This document shows, piece by piece, positions 1 to 9,260 of a DNA stretch of 32,000 nt (position 1 is its first letter; every line of letters begins with the position of its first letter). Under the pieces are notes generated by a model. That model did not search any database. It was not told the origin of the DNA and worked only from the letters and a program-made list of their open reading frames with translations. The stretch comes from Aquifex aeolicus VF5. GTDB taxonomy: Bacteria; Aquificota; Aquificia; Aquificales; Aquificaceae. The position numbers were made by a program, and so were the translations under genes. The stretch spans positions 960,001-992,000 of the forward strand of contig NC_000918.1 of NCBI RefSeq assembly GCF_000008625.1, given 5' to 3'.

Positions 1-1038
1 GGACTACTTTACGCATACCTTTTTCTCCCTAAACTCGGTCTTCCCCTAACGGCTATTCTCGCGGGATTTTTCAACTTAATTTCTGCATTTTTACTGGTAA
101 AGGTATTAAAACCGAAAAAGTTTTTAAAGTTTTTGGCGATTTTTACTTTCTTTTTACTCGCAACTTACGCAGTTGGACACAAGAGGATAACACTCTACGA
201 AGAGCAGAAGTTTTACGGAGAGGAGATAATCCACTTTGAGCAAACCCCTTACCAGAAGATAGTTTTAACACGGTTTGGAAAACACTACTCTTTATACTTG
301 GACGGACACCTCCAGTTCTCAACACTTGATGAAAAACGCTATCACGAGACGCTCGTTCACGTTCCCGCCTCTTTTTTAAAAAGATATGAAAAGGCTCTAA
401 TACTCGGCGGAGGGGACGGACTGGCTTTAAGAGAACTCAGGAAATACCCTTTCGGGGAAATACACCTCGTTGATCTGGACCCTAAAATGATTGAGTTTTC
501 AAAAAAGAATCTCGTTATGAGGAAAATTAACGAAAACAGCTTTTACGACACGAGGTTAAAGGTATTTTCGGAGGACGCCTTTAACTTTGTAAAAAAGACA
601 AAAGAGAAGTATGATTTCGTGATTGTGGACCTCATAGACCCCAGAACCCCATCAAGTGCGAGAGTTTACTCCCTGGAGTTTTACATGTCTTTGAAAAACA
701 AACTAAAAGAAGACGGCATTTTCATAACTCAGGCGGGAGACACTTTCTACAAGAGGGAGGTGTTCTGTTCCATTCTAAAAACTATTAAGAAGGCGGGATT
801 TTACGCGTACCCTTTAGTTGTGTACATCCCTACCTTTGGCGAGTGGGGGATGGTTATAGGGAGTAAAGAGCCTTTAAACTTTGAGAACTTTGAACTCAAG
901 GAAAAAACCGAGTTCCTGAACAGGGAAAGGGCTTTAGCCTTTTACACACTCGGGAAGAGTTTGGAGTGCCCGAATGTGGAAGTAAACACTTTACTGAAAC
1001 CCGTGCTTATTTATTATTACTACAAAATACAAAATTAA
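1..1038 (+). CDS. speE: Spermidine synthase-like aminopropyltransferase, long membrane-anchored form (5' end lies outside the window)
   Basis: The frame is open from base 1 with no stop before the listed ORF at 133, so the TTG at 133 is probably internal. The N-terminal part is hydrophobic (GLLYAYLFLPKLGLPLTAILAGFFNLISAFLL). The SAM-binding motif LILGGGDGLALREL and the DLIDP motif are typical of the spermidine synthase fold. Confidence 0.8.
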   Translation, partial: GLLYAYLFLPKLGLPLTAILAGFFNLISAFLLVKVLKPKKFLKFLAIFTFFLLATYAVGHKRITLYEEQKFYGEEIIHFEQTPYQKIVLTRFGKHYSLYLDGHLQFSTLDEKRYHETLVHVPASFLKRYEKALILGGGDGLALRELRKYPFGEIHLVDLDPKMIEFSKKNLVMRKINENSFYDTRLKVFSEDAFNFVKKTKEKYDFVIVDLIDPRTPSSARVYSLEFYMSLKNKLKEDGIFITQAGDTFYKREVFCSILKTIKKAGFYAYPLVVYIPTFGEWGMVIGSKEPLNFENFELKEKTEFLNRERALAFYTLGKSLECPNVEVNTLLKPVLIYYYYKIQN

Positions 1039-1063
1039 CACTTTTAAACTAAATTAATATAAC

Positions 1064-2110
1064 ATGGAAAAGGTATTGGCAGAGGAAAGGATTGACCTCG
1101 GAAGATACGACGAGAGATTTTACGCAATTGTGGGAAGGGGAGACGAAAACATAAAGTTCTTCTCCAAGTTCTTCGACGTGAGGATAGTCCCGAGGGGAAC
1201 TGAACTCATAATAAAGGGAGAGGAAGACAAGGTAAGGGAGTTCGTAAACTTCTTAAAGGCTGTTTTGAAGAGGCTCGAGCACGAAAGGCTCACCGCGGAG
1301 GAAGTGAAAGAGTACGCAAAACAGTTTTTGAAGAGCGTGGAAGCATACAAAATTGAGGAACAACCGGGCAGGGAAGAGAAAGAACTTGAAGAGGAAGTAA
1401 TACTCATAACCCACAGAAAGAAGGCAATAGTTCCCAAGACCGAAACCCAAAAGAAGTACGTAGAAGCCATAAAGAAGAACGACATAGTGTTCGGTATAGG
1501 TCCCGCAGGTACGGGAAAAACATACCTCGCTATGGCTATGGCCCTCCAGCACCTCAAGGAAGGTAAGGTAAACAAGATCATCTTAACGAGACCAGCGGTA
1601 GAGGCGGGAGAAAAGCTCGGATTCCTTCCGGGAACTATAGCTGAAAAGGTTCACCCTTACCTCACTCCACTCTACGACGCCCTATACGATATGGTGGACT
1701 ACGACAAGGCTAACTACATGCTTGAAAGAAACATAATAGAGATAGCTCCCCTTGCCTTTATGAGAGGAAGAACCTTAAACGATGCCTTCATAATCCTCGA
1801 TGAAGCACAAAACGCAACCAGGGACCAGATGAAGATGTTTTTAACGAGGATAGGATTTGGCTCTAAGGCAGTAATCACCGGTGACGTTACGCAGATAGAC
1901 CTTCCCAAGAAAAAAGAGTCTGGACTAATAGAAGCTATGGAAGTTCTCAAAAACATAGAAGGTATAGAGTTTATATTCTTCAAACAAACGGACGTTGTGA
2001 GACACCCGATAGTTGCTAAGATTATTAACGCTTATGAGCAGTACGAAAAGGCAAAAGAACAGAGTTCTGGTAAAACTGAAGAAGAGGAAAGTAAGGAAGG
2101 ACAAGATTGA
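1064..2110 (+). CDS. phoH: PhoH-like ATPase
   Basis: Walker A GPAGTGKTY, Walker B IILDEAQN and the GDVTQIDLP motif. The conserved phoH-ybeY gene order follows. Confidence 0.9.
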   Translation: MEKVLAEERIDLGRYDERFYAIVGRGDENIKFFSKFFDVRIVPRGTELIIKGEEDKVREFVNFLKAVLKRLEHERLTAEEVKEYAKQFLKSVEAYKIEEQPGREEKELEEEVILITHRKKAIVPKTETQKKYVEAIKKNDIVFGIGPAGTGKTYLAMAMALQHLKEGKVNKIILTRPAVEAGEKLGFLPGTIAEKVHPYLTPLYDALYDMVDYDKANYMLERNIIEIAPLAFMRGRTLNDAFIILDEAQNATRDQMKMFLTRIGFGSKAVITGDVTQIDLPKKKESGLIEAMEVLKNIEGIEFIFFKQTDVVRHPIVAKIINAYEQYEKAKEQSSGKTEEEESKEGQD

Positions 2111-2486
2111 GAAGTGGGCCGAGCTTGCCCTTTCGGCCCTCGGTCTCAATAACGTTGAACTCTCTGTTTACATAACAGATGACCAAGAGATAAGGGAATT
2201 AAACAAAACTTATAGAAAGAAAGACAAGCCCACGGACGTCCTTTCCTTCCCAATGGGTGAGGAGTTCGGTGGATACAAAATACTCGGTGACGTTGTAATT
2301 TCTCAGGATACCGCGGAAAGACAGGCAAGGGAACTCGGTCATTCTCTTGAGGAAGAGGTAAAGAGACTCATTGTTCACGGTATAGTTCACCTACTCGGAT
2401 ACGACCACGAAAAAGGCGGAGAGGAAGAAAAGAAGTTCAGGGAACTGGAGAACTACGTACTGAGTAAACTCTCAAAAGCTTTGTAA
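2034..2486 (+). CDS. ybeY: Endoribonuclease YbeY (rRNA maturation factor)
   Basis: Zinc-binding H-x-x-x-H-x-x-G-x-x-H motif ([11 protein letters not shown]) and the KPTDVLSFP motif. The listed ORF starts at TTG 2013. I chose the first ATG at 2034 (150 aa). The start is uncertain and overlaps the phoH 3' end. Confidence 0.82.
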   Translation: MSSTKRQKNRVLVKLKKRKVRKDKIEKWAELALSALGLNNVELSVYITDDQEIRELNKTYRKKDKPTDVLSFPMGEEFGGYKILGDVVISQDTAERQARELGHSLEEEVKRLIVHGIVHLLGYDHEKGGEEEKKFRELENYVLSKLSKAL

Positions 2487-3283
2487 GAACTCCTTGCGTT
2501 CGGCTTGCTCACCACGAACTTAAATCCCATCTCATAACCTATCTCTTCAAATTCTTTAAACTCCTCTTCGGAGTAGTACTTTACTACGGGATGGTGTTTT
2601 AAGGAAGGCTGGTAATACTGCCCTAGGACGAGAAAGTCGCAGTCCACACTTCTTAAATCTTCCATAACTTTTATAACTTCCTCCTTCCTCTCGCCGAAAC
2701 CTAAGATCAGGGCAGACTTTGTGTAAACGCTTTTGTCAATCTCCTTGCTCCACTTCAGGATGTTTAAACTTCTCTTGTAATTAGCCCCTATCCTCACACT
2801 CGGGTAGAGTCTCGGAACAGTCTCAACGTTGTGGTTCAAAACCACGGGCTTTTCCTTTAGGACAACTTCCAGAGCTTTTTTGTTTCCTCTGAAGTCCGGG
2901 ATGAGAACTTCTACCTTTATATCCTCAATATTCTCTTTTAGAACCCTTATACACTTTGCAAAGTGGGAGGCTCCGCCGTCGGGCAAGTCATCCCTCGTCA
3001 CAGAAGTTATGACGACGTACTTCAGTCCCAGAGTCTTTACCGCTTCGAGGAGTCTGTAAGGCTCTTCCGGATCTACACCCTTTGGAAAGCCCTTCTCAAC
3101 GTTGCAGAAGGCACACCTCCTCGTGCACCTGTTTCCCAAGATCATAAAGGTTGCGGTTTTGTTTCCGAAGCACTCGGATATATTGGGACATCTGGACTCT
3201 TCACAAACCGTGTAAAGTCTGGATTTCCTGAGTAGCTTTTTTACTTCGTATAACTTCGAAAAGTGAAGGACAGGTTTCATCAT
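2453..3283 (-). CDS. lipA: Lipoyl synthase (radical SAM)
   Basis: Auxiliary cluster motif [12 protein letters not shown] and radical SAM motif [10 protein letters not shown]. The length of 276 aa is typical. Confidence 0.95.
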   Translation of the reverse strand: MMKPVLHFSKLYEVKKLLRKSRLYTVCEESRCPNISECFGNKTATFMILGNRCTRRCAFCNVEKGFPKGVDPEEPYRLLEAVKTLGLKYVVITSVTRDDLPDGGASHFAKCIRVLKENIEDIKVEVLIPDFRGNKKALEVVLKEKPVVLNHNVETVPRLYPSVRIGANYKRSLNILKWSKEIDKSVYTKSALILGFGERKEEVIKVMEDLRSVDCDFLVLGQYYQPSLKHHPVVKYYSEEEFKEFEEIGYEMGFKFVVSKPNARSSYKAFESLLST

Positions 3284-3308
3284 AAATAGATTAAACTACT
3301 AAAAAGTA

Positions 3309-3743
3309 ATGGGAAAGGTTATTCAGTTTCCCTTCGGAGAAGAACCAGAAAAGAAAGAGGAGAAGGAACTAAAAACCGAACCCCTCACGGAAGAGGACTT
3401 CAATCAAGTTATAGAAGTGTTTAAAAAGGATTTAAAAACACTATACCCTTCGCAAGTGAAAGACATTCTCGGAGTTATAGGCCTTGGAGAGAAGTACGGA
3501 GATGAAAAGTTCGTAGTCGGACTTTTGATGTGGGAGCATTACAAACACTCCCACCCTCTGGTTTCCAGTTTCGTCGCCGTTTTAAAAGGAGACAAACTTG
3601 AGAAAATTTCGTTCCTTGAGGCGAAGAACAATTACTGGGACTGGAAGTTAATGGTTAAAACTTATAAGGATAAATTCCACACCGAAGAACTTATGAGAGG
3701 CTTGTTTGAACTAAAGGAAAGGTTTGAAAAGGGAGAGATTTAG
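3309..3743 (+). CDS. Hypothetical protein, 144 aa, no recognisable domain
   Basis: A long ORF with the codon style of its neighbours and an acidic, Lys-rich N-terminus. It is divergent from lipA across a 25-bp spacer. I recognise no motif. Confidence 0.55.
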   Translation: MGKVIQFPFGEEPEKKEEKELKTEPLTEEDFNQVIEVFKKDLKTLYPSQVKDILGVIGLGEKYGDEKFVVGLLMWEHYKHSHPLVSSFVAVLKGDKLEKISFLEAKNNYWDWKLMVKTYKDKFHTEELMRGLFELKERFEKGEI

Positions 3744-3765
3744 TTGGTAAGTAAATAAAAACTCT

Positions 3766-3779
3766 CTGATATACATCAT
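3766..3779. promoter_or_regulatory. Candidate CRP/FNR-type box upstream of cydAB
   Basis: cTGATatacATCAt matches the FNR consensus TTGAT-N4-ATCAA at 8 of 10 positions, with a perfect palindromic core TGAT-N4-ATCA. Its centre lies about 87 nt upstream of the cydA ATG. Confidence 0.25.
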
Positions 3780-3819
3780 AGAAATTAATTTACAACAAAG
3801 ATCAAACTTTAAGTGTTGG

Positions 3820-3835
3820 GTTAATGATTATTAAC
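3820..3835. promoter_or_regulatory. Perfect 6-bp inverted repeat GTTAAT-gatt-ATTAAC in the cydA 5' region
   Basis: Read directly from the sequence. It ends 25 nt upstream of the cydA start and could be an operator or a UTR hairpin. The AT-rich context raises the chance expectation. Confidence 0.2.
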
Positions 3836-3859
3836 TTTTAACCTTCCGGAGGTTCGAAA

Positions 3860-5266
3860 ATGGATGCAGTACTCCTTGCGAGGATTCAGTTTGCACTAAC
3901 CGCCATGTACCACTTCCTGTTTGTGCCCATAACTTTAGGACTATCCTTACTTCTTGCCATCATATGGACAAAGTGGGCAAGGGAAGAAGACGACGAGAGG
4001 CACATCCTTTACGAGCGTATAGGTGAGTTTTTCACAACACTCTTTGCCATAAACTTTGCCGCTGGAGTAGTAGCCGGAATTGTTCTGGAGTTTGAGTTCG
4101 GTACCAACTGGTCCGAGTACTCTAAAACGGTAGGTGATATATTCGGAGCACCTCTCGCGATAGAGGCTATATTCGCCTTCTTCCTGGAATCTGTATTTCT
4201 GGGGGTCCTCCTCTTCGGAAGGGACAGAGTTTCTCCCAAGTTTTACGCTTTTTCCACATGGATGGTCGCAATAGGGACTAACTTATCCGCTCTATGGATA
4301 CTCGTTGCAAATTCGTGGCAACAAACTCCGAAGGGCTTTTACCTTGAAGGTGGAAAGGCTTACCTGGCCAGTTTCTTTGATGCTGTCGTAAACTACTCCA
4401 CACCTTACAGGTTTGTACACATGTTTCTCGCGGGAGTAATAACCGGAGCCATATTTGTGGCGGGAATTAGTGCCTACTATATACTCAAGAGGAAACACCT
4501 TGACGTGGCTAAAGAATCTTTTAGGATCGCGGTAACCATAGGAATGATTGCCTCCCTTCTGCAGATAATAGCGGGTGACCTACACGGGTATCAGGTTGCA
4601 AGGACACAACCTTTGAAACTTGCAATGATGGAAGACAAGTGGGAAACGGAAAGTGGTGCCGGACTGGAAATTGTCCCGGGAATAGAGATTCCCAAACTTC
4701 TCAGTATTCTCGCCTACCACGACCCCGACGCCAAGGTTTACGGGATAAAGGACCTTGTTCAAACCTTCCAGAAAATAGCAAAAGGTGAAGAAGTGGGTGA
4801 AGACGAGCTTCCCGAACTCTGGCTGGACCCCAGACAATTTGCTGGAAGACAGTCCCTTTACATAACAGAAGAGGAAATACCGCCCACCTGGATACCCTTT
4901 TGGAGCCTAAGGGGAATGGTATTCCTTGGATTCTTTTTCGCCTTCATAACTTCCCTTGGCTTTATCTTTACAGTTCAGGACACAATAGAGCAAAGAAGGT
5001 GGCTTCTTAAACTATTCTTTTACTCCATTCCTCTTCCCATAGTGGCTAATATCTTAGGATGGATAGTGGCAGAAGTTGGAAGACAACCATGGGTTGTTTA
5101 CTACATACTCAAGACAAAAGACGCAGCTTCCCCTCTTCCTGCAGGTCAGATACTCACCTCAATAATTTTGTTCTCAAGTATTTACTTCATAGTGTTCCTT
5201 ATATTCCTGGGACTTATGGTTCAAAAAGTAATCAAGGGCCCTAAGAGACCTGAGGAGGTGGCTTGA
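3860..5266 (+). CDS. cydA: Cytochrome bd ubiquinol oxidase subunit I
   Basis: Family-typical motifs RIQFALTAMYHFLFVP, EAIFAFFLES, WILVANSWQQTP and GRQPW, with multiple TM segments. The SD is GGAGG, 8 nt upstream. Confidence 0.95.
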   Translation: MDAVLLARIQFALTAMYHFLFVPITLGLSLLLAIIWTKWAREEDDERHILYERIGEFFTTLFAINFAAGVVAGIVLEFEFGTNWSEYSKTVGDIFGAPLAIEAIFAFFLESVFLGVLLFGRDRVSPKFYAFSTWMVAIGTNLSALWILVANSWQQTPKGFYLEGGKAYLASFFDAVVNYSTPYRFVHMFLAGVITGAIFVAGISAYYILKRKHLDVAKESFRIAVTIGMIASLLQIIAGDLHGYQVARTQPLKLAMMEDKWETESGAGLEIVPGIEIPKLLSILAYHDPDAKVYGIKDLVQTFQKIAKGEEVGEDELPELWLDPRQFAGRQSLYITEEEIPPTWIPFWSLRGMVFLGFFFAFITSLGFIFTVQDTIEQRRWLLKLFFYSIPLPIVANILGWIVAEVGRQPWVVYYILKTKDAASPLPAGQILTSIILFSSIYFIVFLIFLGLMVQKVIKGPKRPEEVA

Positions 5267-5267
5267 T

Positions 5268-6368
5268 ATGGAACTCCTTCCCGTGATTTGGTTCGTTTTA
5301 CTTGGCTTTATAATAGCCATGTACGCCGCACTGGATGGCTTTGACCTCGGTGTCGGGATAGTTTATCCTTTCTTGGCTAAAGATGAGGAAGAAAAGAGGA
5401 TACTTCTGAACTCCATAGGACCCGTCTGGGACGCAAACGAGGTATGGCTAATCCTGGCAGGCGGAGCTCTGTTTGCGGCTTTTCCCGTAGCTTACGCAAC
5501 GCTCCAGAGCGGTCTATACCTTCCCGTAATACTCATACTCTTTATGCTGATCCTCAGGGCGATAGGTATAGACTACAGGGGCAAGATGCCAACTCCAGCA
5601 CTGAAGAAAACTATGGACATGGTTTTCTTTTTAGGAAGTCTCGGAGTCACGTTTTTATTCGGTCTTACCCTCGGAAACGTTATAAAAGGACTTCCCGTAA
5701 AACTCGTTGAAAAGGAGCTCTACGGCGAAGTGGTAAAAACGCACATGATATGTGCGGACCAGGACTGCAGTTACACGGGACTCCTGATAAATATACTTGA
5801 TCCTTACGCCCTCCTTGTAGCACTCCTAACAGTTAGCTTTGTTGCAATGCACGGTGCTATATATGCAGCTTACGTCACAAACGGAGACCTATCCCACAGG
5901 GCAGCCTCTCTGGCGAAAAAACTGTGGTTCAACTCAGCACTCCTCTACTTAATCGTTCACATACTCACTATGATTTACCACCCACTCCTCATAAAGAACT
6001 ACTTCACAAGGATGTTCATATTCCCCGCACTTCCCATAGTGATAGTTGCGTTCATAACGATTATCGTTGCTCTAAACAGGCAAAAATACTCCCTTGCATT
6101 CTGGTCCTCAACTGCCATGATATTCAGTGCTATAGGTATAGCCTTTGCAAGTATATACCCGACGTTAGTACCTTCTATATACGACGAAAATCCTTTTGAA
6201 AACCCGGTACATTCAATAACAGTTTTTAACAGTGCTTCCTCTGAAAAAACACTCCTCACCATGCTTATAATCGCCCTGATAGGAGTTCCCATGGTTTTAA
6301 CTTACAAGTTCTTCGTGTACAGGATCTTCTGGGGTAAGGTGAAAGTACCTAAGGAAGGAGGCTACTGA
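5268..6368 (+). CDS. cydB: Cytochrome bd ubiquinol oxidase subunit II
   Basis: It starts 1 nt after the cydA stop. The N-terminus (WFVLLGFIIAMYAALDGFDLGVGI) and GPVWDANEVWLI are typical of CydB. It is a polytopic membrane protein. Confidence 0.9.
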   Translation: MELLPVIWFVLLGFIIAMYAALDGFDLGVGIVYPFLAKDEEEKRILLNSIGPVWDANEVWLILAGGALFAAFPVAYATLQSGLYLPVILILFMLILRAIGIDYRGKMPTPALKKTMDMVFFLGSLGVTFLFGLTLGNVIKGLPVKLVEKELYGEVVKTHMICADQDCSYTGLLINILDPYALLVALLTVSFVAMHGAIYAAYVTNGDLSHRAASLAKKLWFNSALLYLIVHILTMIYHPLLIKNYFTRMFIFPALPIVIVAFITIIVALNRQKYSLAFWSSTAMIFSAIGIAFASIYPTLVPSIYDENPFENPVHSITVFNSASSEKTLLTMLIIALIGVPMVLTYKFFVYRIFWGKVKVPKEGGY

Positions 6369-6855
6369 TCTTTTCCCCTTCCTTCAATTTCTTTATATAC
6401 TCTTCGGAGAGTTCAACGAGTACCGCCTCCTCATCGCAGTTTGGGAATTTAACGCAGTTTATACACTCACCCCAGACCTTGTGAGGCAGAACTGATTTGT
6501 CTATTTCTTTGAAGCCGAGCTTTTTGAAGAATTCCTTCACGTAAGTCAAAGAGAAAACCTTCTTAATACCGAGTTCCCATGCGTCCTCCAACGCTCTGAT
6601 AACGAGCTCCCTGCCTATCCCTTCCTTTTGATACTCCTCTTTTACCGCCAGACTCCTTATTTCCGCAAGGTCCTCCCACATAACGTGCAGGGCTACACAG
6701 CCAACTACTTTACCGTCTTTTTCGTAAACCCAGAAATCTCTGATGTTCTCATATATGGAGTTAAGACTACGCGGTAGGAGAATTCCCCTTTTCGCGAATT
6801 CTGTGAGAAGTTCGTATATGTACTTGGCGTCGCCTACCTTAGCCCTTCTAATCAT
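6349..6855 (-). CDS. GNAT-family N-acetyltransferase, short ArgA-like (N-acetylglutamate synthase-like)
   Basis: GNAT acetyl-CoA motif YQKEGIGRELV. The layout resembles single-domain amino-acid N-acetyltransferases. I chose ATG 6855 because it overlaps the murC TGA stop as ATGA. The upstream extension to 6894 lies inside murC. Confidence 0.75.
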   Translation of the reverse strand: MIRRAKVGDAKYIYELLTEFAKRGILLPRSLNSIYENIRDFWVYEKDGKVVGCVALHVMWEDLAEIRSLAVKEEYQKEGIGRELVIRALEDAWELGIKKVFSLTYVKEFFKKLGFKEIDKSVLPHKVWGECINCVKFPNCDEEAVLVELSEEYIKKLKEGEKISSLLP

Positions 6856-8216
6856 TTTTCTAAATTTACTTCTTTTAAGAACTCCTCGCACCACTTAGAT
6901 ATACTTCCCGCCCCTAGGAAGAGAATAACATCTCCTTCGTCGTGAACTTCCCTTACCTTTTCAAAAACTTCTTCTTTGTCTTTTGCAAAGACGGCACCGC
7001 TTTTTCTGGCGAGTTCTTCTGCACTCACTCCGTAAACGTTGTTTTCGCTTGCGGGGTATATGTCAGTCACTATTAATTTGTCTATGTCTTTAAGGACTTT
7101 TACGAAGTCCTCAAAAAGGTAATAGGTTCTTGAGTACCTGTGGGGTTGAAAAACTACGAGAAGATTTTTGTCCGGGTACATATCCCGGAGTGAGTTTATT
7201 ACGGCCTTTATCTCCGTAGGGTGGTGTCCGTAATCGTCGTAAACGGGGGAGTTTTTGTAATAACCCTTCAGTTCAAGTCTCCTTTCCGCGTTTCTGAATT
7301 CTTCCAGTGATTTTTTTATAACTTCAAAGGACACTCCAAGTTCCAGAGCAACTCCCGTTGCCGCAAGGGCGTTGTACACGTTATGAATTCCCGCAATACC
7401 CAGGTGAATCCTACCGAGTTCCTTTCCTTTAAACTCAACGCCGAACTCATATCTGCCTTCTTTCAGGTACAAATTCTTTGCCCTAACGAGTGCGGGTGAG
7501 TTTATTCCGTAGGTTATAACCCTCTCGTGTGATTTTTTAACGAGCTGGGCAAGGGTCGGATCGTCTAAATTCACGACCGCAAAGCCGTAAAAGGGAACTG
7601 AGTTCATAAACTGCTCAAAGGCTTCCTTTACACGTTCAAAGTTCTCGTAAAAGTCCAGGTGTTCTTTGTCCACATTTGTTATTACCGCAACGGCGGGCTG
7701 GAGTTTTAAGAAAGAACCGTCGCTTTCGTCAGCCTCCGATACGAGAAGTTCCCCTCTCCCGAGTTTTGCATTCGTACCAAGCCTCTTTAGCCTCCCTCCG
7801 ATTATTACCGTGGGTTCCAGTCCCGCGTTTATGAGTATCTCAGCTATCATGGACGTTGTCGTGGTCTTCCCGTGGCTTCCGCTTACCGCTATGCCTTCCT
7901 TTAATTTGAAGAGTTCCGCGAGCATCTCCCCGCGCGGTATCACAGGTATGTTTCTCCTCTTTGCCTCTTGAATTTCGGGATTATCCGGTTTTACCGCGGA
8001 AGAGTAAACGACTACCTGAGCATCTCCCAAGTTTTCAGGTCTGTGCCCAATGTAAATCTTCGCTCCTTTTTGTTTAAGGAGTTTGGTGTTTTTATTTTCG
8101 GAAATGTCGGAACCTGAAACTTTATAGCCCATTTCAAGGAGTATCTGGGCTATACCGCTCATTCCTATCCCGCCTATTCCGATAAAGTGAAACTTCTTTA
8201 TCCTTTCCCTCAGCAT
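6852..8216 (-). CDS. murC: UDP-N-acetylmuramate--L-alanine ligase
   Basis: N-terminal GIGGIGMSGIA motif, Mur ligase P-loop GSHGKTTTT, and DDYGHHPTEI. Confidence 0.95.
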   Translation of the reverse strand: MLRERIKKFHFIGIGGIGMSGIAQILLEMGYKVSGSDISENKNTKLLKQKGAKIYIGHRPENLGDAQVVVYSSAVKPDNPEIQEAKRRNIPVIPRGEMLAELFKLKEGIAVSGSHGKTTTTSMIAEILINAGLEPTVIIGGRLKRLGTNAKLGRGELLVSEADESDGSFLKLQPAVAVITNVDKEHLDFYENFERVKEAFEQFMNSVPFYGFAVVNLDDPTLAQLVKKSHERVITYGINSPALVRAKNLYLKEGRYEFGVEFKGKELGRIHLGIAGIHNVYNALAATGVALELGVSFEVIKKSLEEFRNAERRLELKGYYKNSPVYDDYGHHPTEIKAVINSLRDMYPDKNLLVVFQPHRYSRTYYLFEDFVKVLKDIDKLIVTDIYPASENNVYGVSAEELARKSGAVFAKDKEEVFEKVREVHDEGDVILFLGAGSISKWCEEFLKEVNLEK

Positions 8217-9247
8217 TACTCAACCTTTAGAACTACTTTACCGAAGTGTTTTGACTCTTCAAGGTACTTGTGTGCCTGCGGTACTTCCTTTAAGGGAAAT
8301 ACTTTATCTACCACCGGTTTAAACACGCCCCTCTCAAATAACTCCGTTATCTTAAAGAGGTTTGCCCTGCTCCCCATGTAAACACCTAGAAGCTGTATTT
8401 CCCTGACGAAGACGTACCTTATGTCTATCTCTCCTTTACTTCCCGTAGTTGTTCCGAAGAATACGAGTTTTCCCCCTTTTCTCAGCATCTGAACACTTTT
8501 CCAGAATGTAGCCTCTCCTATGTGATCAACCACGACGTCCACACCCTCTTTAAACACTTCCCTTACCTTTTTGACTACGTCGTCTTTGTAGTGATTGAAA
8601 ACAAGATCCGCTCCTAGTTCTTTACACTTCTTGGCTTTTTCCTCGTTTCCGGCTGTAGTAATCACGAAAGCGTTAAAGGCTTTTGCCAGTTGAATTCCCG
8701 CAACACCTACGCCGGAAGAGCCCGCCCATATAAACACCCTGCTGTAGGGCTTTATCTGAGCCTTATCAACGAGTGCGTTCCAGACCGTTAAAAAAGTGAG
8801 CGGATAAGAGGCTGCTTCTTCAAAGGAGAGGTTTTTGGGTTTTTTAATAACATTCCTTGCGGGAACAGCCACGTACTCAGCGTAGCCCCCCTTGTTCTTA
8901 AGACCTAAGATGTCATAATCTTTACAATGGTTATCTCGTCCGCTCTGGCAGTCCCAGCAAACCCCGCATGAAAGTCCCGGGGCAATTATCACCTCCTCTC
9001 CTTCTTTTACGTTTTTAACCAAAGAGCCCACCTTTTCGACTACACCGCTTACGTCCGAACCGAGTATGTGGGGAAGTTCAGGCTTTACGGGAAGGGCTCC
9101 CATACGAACCCATATATCGAGGTGATTTAATGCTACCGCTTTTACTCTTATCAGTACTTCGTCTTCTTTGGGTTCTGGCTTCGGGAAGTCTTCCACGTAC
9201 TTTAGGTTTTCAATCCCTCCGAAACCGGTGAGGATAACAGCTTTCAT
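8216..9247 (-). CDS. Medium-chain dehydrogenase/reductase (quinone oxidoreductase / Zn-ADH family)
   Basis: MDR fold with nucleotide-binding AGSSGVGVAGIQ. It has a four-Cys structural zinc loop (CGVCWDCQSGRDNHC). GSD sits where catalytic-zinc enzymes have GHE. Its stop overlaps the murC ATG as TAATG. Confidence 0.8.
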   Translation of the reverse strand: MKAVILTGFGGIENLKYVEDFPKPEPKEDEVLIRVKAVALNHLDIWVRMGALPVKPELPHILGSDVSGVVEKVGSLVKNVKEGEEVIIAPGLSCGVCWDCQSGRDNHCKDYDILGLKNKGGYAEYVAVPARNVIKKPKNLSFEEAASYPLTFLTVWNALVDKAQIKPYSRVFIWAGSSGVGVAGIQLAKAFNAFVITTAGNEEKAKKCKELGADLVFNHYKDDVVKKVREVFKEGVDVVVDHIGEATFWKSVQMLRKGGKLVFFGTTTGSKGEIDIRYVFVREIQLLGVYMGSRANLFKITELFERGVFKPVVDKVFPLKEVPQAHKYLEESKHFGKVVLKVE

Positions 9248-9260
9248 AGTAAGATTGATT

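Noticed and set aside
1120-1581. Long antisense and alternative-frame ORFs inside well-supported genes. Examples: 1120-1581(-), 7666-7971(+), 15605-16009(-), 18343-18828(-), 19966-20223(+), 21189-21503(-), 26939-27283(+), 29955-30290(-).
   Set aside because: Each lies wholly within a gene with strong family motifs on the other frame or strand. Their translations are low-complexity or Ser/Leu/Arg-rich, typical of shadow ORFs, and no independent start or SD signals were seen.
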